Shown one piece after another: positions 44,163-54,990 of a stretch of 64,000 bases of DNA (position 1 is the first letter of the stretch; each line of letters opens with the position of its first letter). The translations under genes were made by a program, and so were the position numbers. Below the pieces are notes generated by a model that was given only the letters and a program-made list of their open reading frames with translations, made no database searches and was not told the origin of the DNA. Source of the DNA: Escherichia coli (lineage in GTDB: Bacteria; Pseudomonadota; Gammaproteobacteria; Enterobacterales; Enterobacteriaceae); the NCBI RefSeq assembly GCF_009931435.1, contig NZ_CP043414.1; one strand, given 5' to 3'.

Positions 44163-44819
44163 CTACTTTATTTTATAAAATGACAGCCGCCCGCTTTTCG
44201 GCGATCCGGTATCAATATAAATCTGGTTTGCGAACGTCTGGATGTTATCAAACATCATATGTCCGAAGATAAAGCAGTCGGCGCCGTTTATTTCCTGTAA
44301 CTCGCCTTTGAGCGATTTCAGTACGCGATCAACAGGCCAGAGTAATTCTCTCTCCGCTATTTCTTTGCCAAACTGATATTCAGCACCAGGATAATCAGCA
44401 TGTGCAATGACATATTTTATAATGTCGTTGGTAATTTCAATAATATGCGGAAGGTGATGGAATTTCAGCAACAGATCTATTGCCTCTTGTTGCTCTGAAT
44501 CATTTAAATCGAAAAACCAGTCACCACCGCTGGCAAGCCACATATTTCCATCGCCAGTTTCGAATGCCTCAAGCGCCATCGCTTCATGGTTGCCTTTAAC
44601 GGAGATAAACCAGGGCTGGTTTAACAGGCGTAGCACGTTAAGACTCTCCGGCCCACGATCAATATTATCGCCGACAGAAATAAGTAAGTCGGTTTCAGGA
44701 CAAAAAGATAATTGGTGCAGGCGGGATTGCAATAATTGATAATCTCCATGAATGTCACCTACCACCCAGATATGGCGATAATGAGTGGTTTCAATTTTAC
44801 GATAACGAATATCTGGCAT
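44163..44819 (-). CDS. pphB: Serine/threonine protein phosphatase 2 (218 aa)
   Basis: ORF-track frame 44163..44957; start taken at ATG 44819 (MPDIRYRKIETTHY...); metallophosphatase motifs GDIHGD and GNHE. Confidence 0.85.
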   Translation of the reverse strand: MPDIRYRKIETTHYRHIWVVGDIHGDYQLLQSRLHQLSFCPETDLLISVGDNIDRGPESLNVLRLLNQPWFISVKGNHEAMALEAFETGDGNMWLASGGDWFFDLNDSEQQEAIDLLLKFHHLPHIIEITNDIIKYVIAHADYPGAEYQFGKEIAERELLWPVDRVLKSLKGELQEINGADCFIFGHMMFDNIQTFANQIYIDTGSPKSGRLSFYKIK

Positions 44820-44841
44820 TGATCGCGCTCCGTAAAAAGAA

Positions 44842-45696
44842 TTATTCCGGCTTATGAAACAGAATGGTGTTAATCTCGACATCAGTGATTGCGCCAGCTG
44901 CTTCTGCTTTATGTAACCAGTATAGCGCTTTGTCTTTATCCACACCGTTCTCATCAATGCCCCAGGCGTAAATGCGGCCTAAGGATATTTGGGCATGAGG
45001 TAAATCTTGTGCGGCAGCTTTTTCAAACCAGTATTTAGCCTGTTTAATATCAGCGGGTACACCATCGCCCGTTAAAAAGAGCGTACCATAATTATACTGA
45101 CCAATTTTGTCGCCTTTTTCTGCGGCAAACTTAAGATATGTCGCAGCCTGGAGATAATTCTTTTCCTCGGCTGCGAGGAGCCCTAAATTAGCATGTGCAA
45201 TGGGGTTTCCCTTTTGCGCCGCTTTAACGAGCCAGGATTTTGCTTTATCGATATCATGGAACTTCTCTGGACCAAACTGATAGATATTGGCACAGTTTAT
45301 CTGTGCCTGAAGATTCCCCTGTCTGGCTGATTTCTCATACCAGTGAATGGCATTCTGGTAATCCGGCGGTGTGTCTTCATCTCCCTGATGATATAAAAGC
45401 CCGACATAAAATTGCGCAATGTCATCTCCCTGACTGGCTGCCAGATTAAACCAGTAAAATGCTTTATCGCGGTTTTTAACCCCCGTTACCCCTTCCTGGT
45501 AAACAATTCCCAATCCTTTTTGCGCAGATTTATCGCCGCCTTGTGCCCTTGCGATGATATTTTTCAGGTTTTCCTGTTTGTTTTTAGAATAACGTTGTTC
45601 AGCCTGGATAAGATCATCAAGCGAGGGTTCTTTGGCACAATAACCTGTTAGAGGAAAATGCAAAATTAGTAGAGTAAATAAAATTAACTTTTTCAT
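44842..45696 (-). CDS. Secreted Sel1-like repeat protein
   Basis: ORF-track frame 44842..45705; signal peptide (MKKLILFTLLILHFPLTGYCA) followed by tandem Sel1-type repeats (A..W..KAA.QG..AQ..LG.Y). AT-rich relative to flanking genes. Confidence 0.75.
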   Translation of the reverse strand: MKKLILFTLLILHFPLTGYCAKEPSLDDLIQAEQRYSKNKQENLKNIIARAQGGDKSAQKGLGIVYQEGVTGVKNRDKAFYWFNLAASQGDDIAQFYVGLLYHQGDEDTPPDYQNAIHWYEKSARQGNLQAQINCANIYQFGPEKFHDIDKAKSWLVKAAQKGNPIAHANLGLLAAEEKNYLQAATYLKFAAEKGDKIGQYNYGTLFLTGDGVPADIKQAKYWFEKAAAQDLPHAQISLGRIYAWGIDENGVDKDKALYWLHKAEAAGAITDVEINTILFHKPE

Positions 45697-45769
45697 ACAT
45701 TCCATGAATTAATTGTTGAGTCCTGATTTTAATTATACTCCATCTGTTATTGAGCCAATAATAATTAAT

Positions 45770-45797
45770 AATCCCCGATGGGAAGGCCATCGGGGAT
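45770..45797 (-). terminator. mutS intrinsic terminator
   Basis: atccccgatgg gaaggc ccatcggggat, an 11-bp stem 8 nt after the mutS stop with AT-rich flank. Confidence 0.5.
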
Positions 45798-45804
45798 TAT
45801 GCCA

Positions 45805-48366
45805 TTACAGCAAACTCTTCAAGCGGTAAATCCACTCCAGCGCCTGACGCGGGGTAAGTGAATCCGGGTCGAGATTTTCCAGTGCTTCGACCGCTGGCGA
45901 GGTTTCTTCCGGTACTGACAGCAAAGACATTTGCGTACCATCCACTTGCGTAGCGGCGGCGTTCGGCGAAATGCTTTCCAGTTCACGCAGTTTTTGCCGT
46001 GCGCGCTTAATCACCTCTTTTGGCACGCCCGCCAGAGCAGCAACCGCCAGGCCGTAGCTTTTGCTCGCCGCGCCATCCTGCACACTGTGCATAAAGGCAA
46101 TGGTATCGCCGTGCTCCAGCGCATCAAGATGCACGTTGGCGACGCCTTCCATTTTCTCCGGCAGTTGAGTCAGTTCAAAGTAGTGGGTAGCAAACAACGT
46201 CAACGCTTTAATCTTATTCGCCAGATTTTCAGCGCACGCCCATGCCAGCGACAGACCATCGTAAGTGGACGTTCCGCGCCCAATCTCATCCATCAACACC
46301 AGGCTGTACTCCGTGGCGTTATGCAGAATATTAGCGGTTTCGGTCATCTCCACCATAAAGGTTGAACGCCCGGATGCCAGATCGTCAGCCGCGCCCACAC
46401 GGGTAAAGATACGGTCAATCGGGCCAATCTCGACTTTTTGCGCCGGTACGTAGCTGCCGATATAGGCCATCAGCGCAATCAGTGCAGTCTGGCGCATATA
46501 GGTACTTTTACCGCCCATGTTCGGACCGGTGATGATCAACATGCGACGCTGCGGCGACAGGTTCAGCGGGTTAGCGATAAACGGCTCATTCAGTACCTGT
46601 TCAACCACCGGATGGCGACCTTCGGTAATGCGAATGCCCGGTTTATCAATGAAGGTCGGGCAGGTGTAGTTCAGGGTATAGGCCCGTTCCGCCAGGTTCA
46701 CCAGTACGTCGAGTTCTGCCAGTGCGCTCGCGCTCTGTTGCAACGCCTCCAGATGCGGCAACAGCAGGTCGAACAACTCTTCATAAAGCTGTTTTTCGAG
46801 TGCCAGTGCTTTACCTTTCGAGGTGAGTACTTTGTCTTCATACTCTTTTAGCTCTGGAATAATGTAGCGTTCGGCGTTTTTCAGCGTCTGACGACGCATA
46901 TAGTTGATGGGTGCCAGATGGCTTTGTCCACGGCTGATCTGAATGTAATAACCATGCACCGCGTTAAAGCCGACTTTCAGCGTGTCCAGGCCGGTACGTT
47001 CACGCTCGCGAACTTCCAGACGCTCCAGATAATCTGTCGCGCCGTCAGCCAGCGCTCGCCACTCATCCAGCTCTTCGTTATAGCCTGATGCGATAACACC
47101 ACCGTCGCGTACCAGCACCGGCGGTGTGTCGATGATTGCTCGCTCCAGCAGATCGCGCAGCTCGGCAAACTCGCCCATTTTCTCACGCAGCGCCTGTACC
47201 GGTGCACTATCGACACTTTCTAACTGCGCGCGTAGTTCTGGCAGTTGCTGGAAAGCGTGACGCATACGGGCCAGATCGCGTGGGCGAGCAGTCCGTAAAG
47301 CCAGACGTGCCAGAATACGTTCCAGGTCGCCGACCTGACGCAGTACCGGCTGCAGCTCAGCGGTGAAATCCTGCAATGCGCCAATAGTTTGCTGGCGCTC
47401 AAGCAACACGCGGGTATCGCGCACTGGCATATGCAGCCAGCGTTTCAGCATTCGACTCCCCATCGGCGTTACAGTGCAGTCGAGCACGGAAGCCAGCGTG
47501 TTTTCCGCACCGCCCGCCAGGTTCTGGGTAATTTCCAGGTTACGACGCGTCGCGGCATCCATAATGATGCTGTCCTGCTCACGTTCCATAGTGATAGAAC
47601 GAATATGCGGCAGTGTCGTACGTTGCGTATCTTTCGCATACTGCAACAGACAACCGGCGGCACAAAGTCCGCGCGGCGCGTTCTCGACGCCAAAACCGAC
47701 CAGATCGCGAGTGCCAAATTGTAGATTCAACTGCTGGCGCGCGGTGTCGATTTCAAACTCCCACAGCGGACGACGGCGCAAGCCGCGACGACCTTCAATC
47801 AGCGACATTTCAGCAAAATCTTCTGCATACAGCAGTTCCGCCGGATTAGTGCGTTGCAGTTCTGCCGCCATCGTTTCGCGGTCAGCCGGTTCACTCAGGC
47901 GAAAACGACCAGAACTGATATCCAGCGTCGCATAGCCGAATCCTTTGCTGTCCTGCCAGATAGCAGCCAGCAGGTTGTCCTGACGTTCCTGCAATAGCGC
48001 TTCATCGCTGATGGTGCCCGGCGTAACGATACGCACAACTTTGCGCTCGACCGGCCCTTTGCTGGTCGCCGGATCGCCAATCTGTTCACAAATAGCAACG
48101 GACTCGCCCTGATTCACCAGTTTGGCGAGATAGTTTTCCACCGCATGGTAGGGAATCCCCGCCATCGGGATCGGCTCTCCCGCTGAAGCGCCGCGTTTGG
48201 TCAGTGAAATATCCAGCAGTTGTGACGCACGTTTTGCGTCGTCATAAAACAGTTCGTAAAAGTCACCCATCCGGTAGAACAGCAGGATCTCGGGATGCTG
48301 GGCTTTCAGCTTGAGATACTGCTGCATCATTGGCGTATGGGCGTCAAAATTTTCTATTGCACTCAT
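45805..48366 (-). CDS. mutS: DNA mismatch repair protein MutS
   Basis: ORF track; 853 aa; Walker [10 protein letters not shown]. Confidence 0.95.
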   Translation of the reverse strand: MSAIENFDAHTPMMQQYLKLKAQHPEILLFYRMGDFYELFYDDAKRASQLLDISLTKRGASAGEPIPMAGIPYHAVENYLAKLVNQGESVAICEQIGDPATSKGPVERKVVRIVTPGTISDEALLQERQDNLLAAIWQDSKGFGYATLDISSGRFRLSEPADRETMAAELQRTNPAELLYAEDFAEMSLIEGRRGLRRRPLWEFEIDTARQQLNLQFGTRDLVGFGVENAPRGLCAAGCLLQYAKDTQRTTLPHIRSITMEREQDSIIMDAATRRNLEITQNLAGGAENTLASVLDCTVTPMGSRMLKRWLHMPVRDTRVLLERQQTIGALQDFTAELQPVLRQVGDLERILARLALRTARPRDLARMRHAFQQLPELRAQLESVDSAPVQALREKMGEFAELRDLLERAIIDTPPVLVRDGGVIASGYNEELDEWRALADGATDYLERLEVRERERTGLDTLKVGFNAVHGYYIQISRGQSHLAPINYMRRQTLKNAERYIIPELKEYEDKVLTSKGKALALEKQLYEELFDLLLPHLEALQQSASALAELDVLVNLAERAYTLNYTCPTFIDKPGIRITEGRHPVVEQVLNEPFIANPLNLSPQRRMLIITGPNMGGKSTYMRQTALIALMAYIGSYVPAQKVEIGPIDRIFTRVGAADDLASGRSTFMVEMTETANILHNATEYSLVLMDEIGRGTSTYDGLSLAWACAENLANKIKALTLFATHYFELTQLPEKMEGVANVHLDALEHGDTIAFMHSVQDGAASKSYGLAVAALAGVPKEVIKRARQKLRELESISPNAAATQVDGTQMSLLSVPEETSPAVEALENLDPDSLTPRQALEWIYRLKSLL

Positions 48367-48612
48367 GGGGTTATGTCCGGTTCCCTGATATTAAATGGGG
48401 TGTGATGGTTTTTATTTTCGTTGTAATCACATAAGGCGCACATGATACCGGAGTTAATCATTTCAGGGGAAGAAGCGAACGGCGAGTTCTTGATGGTGAT
48501 TCCGGGAAAGATGCTGTTTTGCAGCTTTTGCGTGATGCTTATGAAGCAAGTACGCAAAATTGTATCAGTTGGCGAACCCTTCTTCTTCAGAGCCATAGTC
48601 CCCTTTCAAATT

Positions 48613-48635
48613 AAGTTGTAATATAAATACATCTT
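48613..48635. promoter_or_regulatory. Candidate NsrR operator upstream of ygbA
   Basis: aagttgtaatataaatacatctt resembles the NsrR 11-1-11 inverted repeat; ygbA is a known NsrR-regulon member (established knowledge). Confidence 0.4.
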
Positions 48636-48652
48636 AATGAGGTGGAGGCAGC

Positions 48653-49006
48653 ATGTCCGGCAAGCGTATCTCTCGTGAAAAATTGACGATTAAAAAAATG
48701 ATCGATCTTTATCAAGCGAAATGCCCGCAGGCGTCAGCGGAGCCGGCGCATTACGAGGCATTGTTTGCTTATGCGCAAAAACGGCTGGATAAATGTGTGT
48801 TCGGCGAAGACAAACCCGCCTGTAAGCAGTGTCCGGTGCACTGTTACCAGTCTGCAAAGCGTGAAGAGATGAAACAGATTATGCGTTGGGCCGGGCCGCG
48901 CATGCTGTGGCGTCATCCGATCCTAACCGTACGCCATCTCATTGATGACAAGCGTCCGGTGCCGGAGTTGCCAGAAAAATATCGCCCGAAAAAACCTCGT
49001 GAATAG
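48653..49006 (+). CDS. ygbA: Nitrosative-stress-associated protein YgbA (117 aa)
   Basis: ORF track; GAGGTGGAGG before the ATG; Cys-rich N-terminal half. Confidence 0.85.
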   Translation: MSGKRISREKLTIKKMIDLYQAKCPQASAEPAHYEALFAYAQKRLDKCVFGEDKPACKQCPVHCYQSAKREEMKQIMRWAGPRMLWRHPILTVRHLIDDKRPVPELPEKYRPKKPRE

Positions 49007-49045
49007 TATACCGGACAGGCAGATCTGTCCGGCACCTCAATGCAG

Positions 49046-51124
49046 TTAAACCAATGCCGATTTATCAATCCCCAGTCGTTTCATCCGTGATAGCAGTGTG
49101 GTGCGTTTTAGTCCCAGACGTTGCGCCGCGCCTTTCGGCCCGGCAACCACGCCGTTAGTCTCTTTTAATACACGCACAATTAGCTGATATTCATCTTCGC
49201 CCTCCTGAGCGACGACCGTTGCAGTCGGCGGCGTTTTAGGTTCCGGTAAAGCAATATCAGGCAATGACAGCTGCAGCACGTTGCCACGTGTCAGCAATAC
49301 CGCGCGCTCAATGACGTTTTCCAGCTCGCGTACGTTACCCGGCCACTCCATATTGCTCAACGCGCGCAACGTTTCGGCAGGAATGCTGTCGATATTACGC
49401 CCCAGACGGCGGGCAATTTTAAAAGTAAAGGCTTTTGCCAGCAGCGGAATATCTTCCGGACGCTCGCGTAGTGGCGGCAGGTGGATCGGGAATACGTTCA
49501 GGCGATAATAGAGATCGCTACGGAACTCGCGGTCGGCAACCATTTTTTTCAGATCGCGGTTAGTCGCGGCAATTAAACGCACGTCCGTCTGTATAATTTT
49601 ATTACTGCCGAGACGTTCAAACTCCTGTTCCTGTAATACACGCAGCAACTTCGGTTGTAACTCCAGCGGCATATCACCCACTTCATCGAGGAACAGGGAG
49701 CTTTTATCCGCCAGTTCAAAACGACCGATACGCTGGGCGCTGGCTCCGGTAAACGCACCACGCTCATGACCAAACAGATCGCTTTCCAACAATCCGGCAG
49801 GCATCGCCGCGCAGTTCATTTTTACCATGCGGCGATTATTACGCCCACTGAGATTATGGATCGCGCGGGCAATCAGCTCTTTACCAGTGCCAGTTTCACC
49901 GAGAATCAGCACGGTACTGTCACTTTGTGCCACCATTTCAACTTGTTTAAGCACGCTGTACATGGCTTCACTGCGACCAATAATCTCGCCAAATTCACTA
50001 TCAACATTGTTGAGCTGCTCGGTCAGGGCGAGATTTTCATCAACCAGTCGTTCTTTCAGACGATGAATTTCCTGATAGGCAAGGGCGTTATCGACAGCGA
50101 TTGCCACACGTTCGGCAATCTGGCGCAGTAAATTCAGATTGGTCGTGGTAAACACTTTCTCTTCGCATTGCGCCAGTTTCAGCACGCCCAGCATGGTGTC
50201 GCCAGACATCAGCGGTAACAGGCACAAGGTTTGAATCTGGTTGCCCCAGGTGTCGAACAACATGCGTTCGTAGGGGGCTAAATTATCTCGCTCGTGGAGA
50301 TTAATCAGCAGCATCTCTTTGCTTTTAAACACGCGTTCGGTGAGGGTTCCAGCTTCATCGACTTCGCTCTGTTCGTGAGCGGGATGCTGTTTATCAAGAT
50401 AGTGAGTGGAGTAGATGTTGAGTTTGTTTTTACGGTGGCTGCGTAAGACGATGCTGATATCGTCAATGTCGAAATAGTAATGGATTTCTTTGGCGACTTC
50501 GCTGACCAGTTCGTCCATATCCAGGCGAGAAAGCACCGCGTTGGTGATGGCAACCAGGATGCGGAAGTTATCGCGTTCCCGGCATAACAACTCATAGTCG
50601 ACATTATTGACGACGCGGCTCTGGATTTGTTCGGTGACGACAGAAATGATCTGCGTAAAAGTTTGCAGGCGATTGAACTCTTTTTCACTCCACGGGCGAT
50701 CGTCATAACGAATAAATTCACAGCCACCAAAAATATGCCCTTCCGCCGCCAGTGGCATCAGGCAATAGTGACCAAATTTGGGGTATAGCCCACCAGCGGC
50801 CAGCTGCGGCCAGGTTTCACAAAATTCTTCGTAACTGCAATGTAGTGTATCAGGGCGCGACAAAATGCTGCGCACTGGACCGTGTGCCAGAACAGTTTCG
50901 TCTTCATAATTTATGGGGGTGTCTTTTTCACGCGACGCGTAATAAGACGCACGTTGAGTCTGCGCTTGCCACAACACAATAGCTGCATTGTCGGCGAGCG
51001 CAGAACGCTTTACCAATTGCGAAAGAGCCTCACACAGCGAGGCCAGATCGGGCTGCTGCAATAGTGTCCGAGTGATGTCGAACAACCCTTGTTGTCCGAG
51101 ATCACTCATCGGTGTATATGACAT
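49046..51124 (-). CDS. fhlA: Formate hydrogenlyase transcriptional activator (sigma-54-dependent, 692 aa)
   Basis: ORF-track frame 49046..51160; start taken at MSYTPMSDLGQQ...; GAF domains, AAA+ Walker A GETGTGKE, GAFTGA motif, C-terminal HTH. Confidence 0.9.
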   Translation of the reverse strand: MSYTPMSDLGQQGLFDITRTLLQQPDLASLCEALSQLVKRSALADNAAIVLWQAQTQRASYYASREKDTPINYEDETVLAHGPVRSILSRPDTLHCSYEEFCETWPQLAAGGLYPKFGHYCLMPLAAEGHIFGGCEFIRYDDRPWSEKEFNRLQTFTQIISVVTEQIQSRVVNNVDYELLCRERDNFRILVAITNAVLSRLDMDELVSEVAKEIHYYFDIDDISIVLRSHRKNKLNIYSTHYLDKQHPAHEQSEVDEAGTLTERVFKSKEMLLINLHERDNLAPYERMLFDTWGNQIQTLCLLPLMSGDTMLGVLKLAQCEEKVFTTTNLNLLRQIAERVAIAVDNALAYQEIHRLKERLVDENLALTEQLNNVDSEFGEIIGRSEAMYSVLKQVEMVAQSDSTVLILGETGTGKELIARAIHNLSGRNNRRMVKMNCAAMPAGLLESDLFGHERGAFTGASAQRIGRFELADKSSLFLDEVGDMPLELQPKLLRVLQEQEFERLGSNKIIQTDVRLIAATNRDLKKMVADREFRSDLYYRLNVFPIHLPPLRERPEDIPLLAKAFTFKIARRLGRNIDSIPAETLRALSNMEWPGNVRELENVIERAVLLTRGNVLQLSLPDIALPEPKTPPTATVVAQEGEDEYQLIVRVLKETNGVVAGPKGAAQRLGLKRTTLLSRMKRLGIDKSALV

Positions 51125-51197
51125 TTTGTTCTTCCAGGAAAGCACCGCAAAGCGGTGCAAAAGGTCATTGACTAACTATAGGAGATTTAGAATTTTA

Positions 51198-52208
51198 TTA
51201 GCATATACGCGGAAGCGGTTCGGCGTGTGGTAAATCGAGGGTTCGTTTCACGCCATACAGACCGGCAAGACGAACACCTTTACGTTCCACCACTTCACCA
51301 ATCAGCGCCGCGTCTTTCCCCAGTGGATGGGAATGTAACGCCGCCAGCACTTGCTCTGCTGCGTTGCGTTCAACGGCGATCACCAGTTTGCCTTCGTTGG
51401 CAAAGTTAAGGGCGTCCAGCCCCAGCAGTTCGCAAACGCCGCGCACGGCAGGTTTAACCGGCAGTGCCGCTTCTGAAATTTCAATACCACAACCGCAGGC
51501 TGCCGCGAACTCATGAACTACCGCGTTCACTCCACCACGGGTGGCGTCACGCAGTGCCTTCACACCGGGAATATCACGCAGCGTCTGGATGAGCGGCGTC
51601 AGCACTGCGCAGTCGCTGACCAGTTCGCCATCCAGCCCCAGTTGCTCGCGCAGATTAAGAATAGTTGCTCCGTGGTCGCCGAGAGTTCCACTCACCAGCA
51701 GAACATCGCCTGCGGTTAGCGTCTGTGCGCCCCAGTGAATATTCGCCGGGATCGCGCCCATGCCAGCGGTGTTGATAAACAGTTTATCTGCCGCGCCGCG
51801 TTGCACCACTTTAGTGTCGCCAGTAACGATGGCAATGCCTGCCGCGCGGGCGGTTTCTGCCATGCTGGTCACCACGGCTTTTAGCGTCTCCATCGGCAAT
51901 CCCTCTTCGAGGATAAAGCCACAAGAGAGATAGCGCGGAATAGCGCCACTGACCGCAACGTCATTCGCGGTGCCACAAATCGCCAACTTGCCAATATTGC
52001 CACCAGGAAAGAACAGCGGGTCGATGACGTAGCTGTCGGTGGAGAACGCCAGACGGTCGCCTTCTGCCACCAGCTGCGCCAGCTCAAGGCGCGCCTGGTC
52101 TTCCTGTTCTGCCAGCCACGGATTGGCAAAAGCTTCCATAAACAGGCTGTTGATTAATTGCTGCATCGCCTGGCCGCCGCTGCCGTGGGCGAGTTGGATA
52201 TTATTCAC
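51198..52208 (-). CDS. hypE: [NiFe]-hydrogenase maturation protein HypE
   Basis: ORF track; C-terminal ...PRIC. Confidence 0.9.
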   Translation of the reverse strand: MNNIQLAHGSGGQAMQQLINSLFMEAFANPWLAEQEDQARLELAQLVAEGDRLAFSTDSYVIDPLFFPGGNIGKLAICGTANDVAVSGAIPRYLSCGFILEEGLPMETLKAVVTSMAETARAAGIAIVTGDTKVVQRGAADKLFINTAGMGAIPANIHWGAQTLTAGDVLLVSGTLGDHGATILNLREQLGLDGELVSDCAVLTPLIQTLRDIPGVKALRDATRGGVNAVVHEFAAACGCGIEISEAALPVKPAVRGVCELLGLDALNFANEGKLVIAVERNAAEQVLAALHSHPLGKDAALIGEVVERKGVRLAGLYGVKRTLDLPHAEPLPRIC

Positions 52209-53326
52209 GCTTCACTCTCCTGCTGACGATACTGATACCACGCGGCGCATGCTCCCTCGGAGGAAACCATCAGCGCGCCAAACGCGGTTTGAGGATTACA
52301 GGTGTTACCAAACAGCGGGCATTGATGCGGCTTACATTTGCCCGTCAATACTTCGCCACAACGTGCGCGCGGGTCATCGCAAACCTGCTGCGGTGCCGGG
52401 CGGAAATGCGCTTCGGCGTCAAATCGTTGATAGTCTGGCGTCAGGTGTACACCAGAAGATTCAATCACGCCTAAGCCGCGCCATTCGCTGTCGCCGTTGA
52501 CGCAGAAGACATCCGCAATCGCCTGTTGCGCCAGCAGGTTACCGGCATCCGGCACCACGCGCCGATACTGATTTTCTACCTTGCTGTGGGCCGCTATTTT
52601 CTGCTCCACCAGCATGACCACACCTTGTAGTAGATCAAGCGGTTCGAATCCAGCAACCACCAGAGGACGATGAAAATCACTGGCGATAAAATTATAGGCG
52701 TCGGTGCCGATAACCATACTGACGTGGCCCGGCGCGAGGAACGCATCGATACCGTTATCCGGCTGTTCCAGCAAACTGCGTAGCGTTGGGATCAGCGTAA
52801 TATGCTGGCAGAAAAAGTAAAAATTTTGCACATCGCGGGCTTTCGCCTGTTGCAGAGTGATGGCCGTCGTCGGCATGGTGGTTTCAAACCCTAAGCCGAA
52901 GAACACCACTTTACGAGTTGGATTCTCCTGCGCCAGTTTCAACGCATCCATTGGCGAGTAAACGATGCGAACATCGGCACCGCGCGCTTTTGCCTGTAAC
53001 AGCGACCCTTGTTTCCCTGGTACGCGCATGGCGTCGCCAAAGGTACAGAAGATGACTTCCGGATGGCTGGCAATCTCCACGCAGGTGTCGATTCTTCCCA
53101 TCGGCAGTACACATACCGGGCAACCCGGACCGTGGATAAACTCAACGTTTTCCGGCAGTAACTGGTCGAGGCCGAATTTAAAAATGGCGTGGGTATGACC
53201 GCCGCACACTTCCATAATCCGCAGAGGGCGTTCAGCGGTGTAAGAGAGATGTGAAGCACGTTCGCGTAGATGCTCAATTAACTGCATCACCTGTTCCGGC
53301 GCGCGATATTCATCAACAAAACGCAT
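52205..53326 (-). CDS. hypD: [NiFe]-hydrogenase maturation protein HypD
   Basis: ORF track; conserved Cys motifs (CGGHTH, GPGCPVC). Confidence 0.9.
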   Translation of the reverse strand: MRFVDEYRAPEQVMQLIEHLRERASHLSYTAERPLRIMEVCGGHTHAIFKFGLDQLLPENVEFIHGPGCPVCVLPMGRIDTCVEIASHPEVIFCTFGDAMRVPGKQGSLLQAKARGADVRIVYSPMDALKLAQENPTRKVVFFGLGFETTMPTTAITLQQAKARDVQNFYFFCQHITLIPTLRSLLEQPDNGIDAFLAPGHVSMVIGTDAYNFIASDFHRPLVVAGFEPLDLLQGVVMLVEQKIAAHSKVENQYRRVVPDAGNLLAQQAIADVFCVNGDSEWRGLGVIESSGVHLTPDYQRFDAEAHFRPAPQQVCDDPRARCGEVLTGKCKPHQCPLFGNTCNPQTAFGALMVSSEGACAAWYQYRQQESEA

Positions 53327-53598
53327 TATTTTTCCTCGCCATACAACAGCGCGCCGACATCCGGCTCAACGTCAAACATGTTTTGTAAGGCGTCGAGGGT
53401 GTCGCGCGCTTCGGCTTCATTAATTACGCTCATGGCAAAGCCAACGTGAACCAGTACCCACTGGCCCACGCGTGGCTGACCGTTTTCATCGCAGCTGCCG
53501 ACTAACGTTAGGTCGACGTCGCGTTGAATACCGCAGACGTCGACTTTCGCCTGGTTGCCGTCAATGGTGCGGATCTGGCCGGGAACGCCTATGCACAT
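53326..53598 (-). CDS. hypC: [NiFe]-hydrogenase maturation chaperone HypC (90 aa)
   Basis: ORF-track frame 53326..53625; start at MCIGVPGQI... (HypC begins Met-Cys). Confidence 0.9.
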   Translation of the reverse strand: MCIGVPGQIRTIDGNQAKVDVCGIQRDVDLTLVGSCDENGQPRVGQWVLVHVGFAMSVINEAEARDTLDALQNMFDVEPDVGALLYGEEK

Positions 53599-54461
53599 CG
53601 CTGTGTCTCCAGCCAGTTCAGCCACTGGTCCATCCCTTCGCCGCTGGTGGCGGAAATAAGGATGATTTCAATTTCTGGATTGACTTCGCGGGCGCAGGCG
53701 ATGCACTTCTCAACGTCGAAATTGAGATACGGCAGCAGGTCAACTTTGTTGAGCAGCATCAGCGAGGCGGCGGCAAACATATGTGGATATTTCAGCGGTT
53801 TGTCTTCACCTTCGGTAACGGAAAGCACCGCCACTTTGTGTTTTTCACCGAGATCGAAGCTCGCCGGACATACGAGGTTGCCAACGTTTTCGATAAACAG
53901 AATACCGTTATCGTCCAGTGGCAGGCGCGGTGCGGCGTCGGCAATCATCTGTGCGTCAAGATGGCAGCCTTTACCGGTATTCACCTGAATCGCTGGTGTG
54001 CCGGTAGCGCGAATGCGTGCGGCATCGTTCACGGTTTGCTGGTCACCTTCAATAACTGCGCACGGAACGCTGTCTTTCAGGCGCATCAAGGTTTCCGTCA
54101 GCAGGGTGGTTTTACCGGAACCAGGGCTGGAAACCAGGTTGAGCACCAGTTGCTTACGGGCAGCAAAGCGCGCGCGGTTGCGTTCAGCCAGACGGTTGTT
54201 TTTGTCCAGCACGTCAATTTCGACTTCCAGCATCCGACGCTGGCTCATGCCCGGCGCGTGAGTGCCCGCTTCGCCATGACCGTAATGCAGGTCGCCTTCT
54301 TCAGTCTGGCTGGGGGTAAATTCAGGCGCTTTAATGCCGGTGATTTTCATCTTCGGGCGTGCCGCCGGGGCAAATGGCGCGCTACGAAACGCGGAATGAG
54401 GGTTATGTTCATCACCCTCGATATACAGGTTGCCTTCACCGCAACCGCATGTTGTACACAT
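53589..54461 (-). CDS. hypB: [NiFe]-hydrogenase nickel-incorporation GTPase HypB
   Basis: ORF track; N-terminal [10 protein letters not shown] and His-rich stretch; P-loop SSPGSGKTT. Confidence 0.9.
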   Translation of the reverse strand: MCTTCGCGEGNLYIEGDEHNPHSAFRSAPFAPAARPKMKITGIKAPEFTPSQTEEGDLHYGHGEAGTHAPGMSQRRMLEVEIDVLDKNNRLAERNRARFAARKQLVLNLVSSPGSGKTTLLTETLMRLKDSVPCAVIEGDQQTVNDAARIRATGTPAIQVNTGKGCHLDAQMIADAAPRLPLDDNGILFIENVGNLVCPASFDLGEKHKVAVLSVTEGEDKPLKYPHMFAAASLMLLNKVDLLPYLNFDVEKCIACAREVNPEIEIILISATSGEGMDQWLNWLETQRCA

Positions 54462-54464
54462 CGC

Positions 54465-54815
54465 TCACTCCTGGTCTATTTCTATCCGCCGAATCTGTAA
54501 ACCGTCGTCTGCCACAATCTGTAGCATGTCACCATGACACTGTGGACAGCGGCGGACGCGCTGGGTCAGTAGCGTCACATATTGTTGGCATGTTTCGCAC
54601 CAGCATTCGGCCTCTTGTTCTTCGAGGTGCAGTTTACAACCTTCCGCTACGCTGCCGCGGCAAACCAGATCAAAACAAAAGGCAAGAGAGCTGGTTTCGA
54701 CACAAGAAAATGCGCCAATTTTGAGCCAGACCCCAGTTACGCGTTTTGCACCGTGTTTTGCGGCCTGCTGTTCGATCAATTCCAGTGCCCGTTGGCAGAG
54801 GGTTATTTCGTGCAT
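54465..54815 (-). CDS. hypA: [NiFe]-hydrogenase nickel insertion protein HypA (116 aa)
   Basis: ORF-track frame 54465..54827; start at MHEITLCQRALE... behind GGGAGG; zinc-finger Cys pairs. Confidence 0.9.
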   Translation of the reverse strand: MHEITLCQRALELIEQQAAKHGAKRVTGVWLKIGAFSCVETSSLAFCFDLVCRGSVAEGCKLHLEEQEAECWCETCQQYVTLLTQRVRRCPQCHGDMLQIVADDGLQIRRIEIDQE

Positions 54816-54845
54816 ATCGCCTCCCATTAACTATTGCCAGCTACA

Positions 54846-54861
54846 AGCAATAATTGTGCCA
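54846..54861 (-). promoter_or_regulatory. Sigma-54 promoter for hypA (-24/-12)
   Basis: Reverse complement reads TGGCACAATTATTGCT, matching GG-N10-GC; about 30-45 nt upstream of the hypA ATG. Confidence 0.55.
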
Positions 54862-54888
54862 GTGTTGATTATCCCTAAAGTGAATAAT

Positions 54889-54927
54889 GTCGATGATGTC
54901 GAAATGACACGTCGACACGGCGACGAA
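54889..54927. promoter_or_regulatory. Candidate FhlA upstream activating sequence
   Basis: Repeated TGTCGA / TCGACA elements (tgtcgatgatgtcgaaatgacacgtcgacacggcgacg) between the two divergent sigma-54 promoters. Confidence 0.35.
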
Positions 54928-54974
54928 ATTCACCAGAATCCTAAAAATCTCTTTTATAACAATAAATTAAAAGT

Positions 54975-54990
54975 TGGCACAAAAAATGCT
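54975..54990 (+). promoter_or_regulatory. Sigma-54 promoter for the hyc operon (-24/-12)
   Basis: TGGCACAAAAAATGCT matches GG-N10-GC; about 35-50 nt upstream of the hycA ATG. Confidence 0.55.

Noticed and set aside
48363-48596. 77-aa reverse ORF in the mutS-ygbA divergent promoter region
   Set aside because: Would overlap the mutS start and promoter; no Shine-Dalgarno; AT-rich promoter DNA commonly gives short open frames.
53472-54500. 342-aa forward ORF spanning hypC and hypB on the opposite strand
   Set aside because: Antisense shadow frame across two well-supported hyp genes; Arg/Cys-rich and without Shine-Dalgarno.
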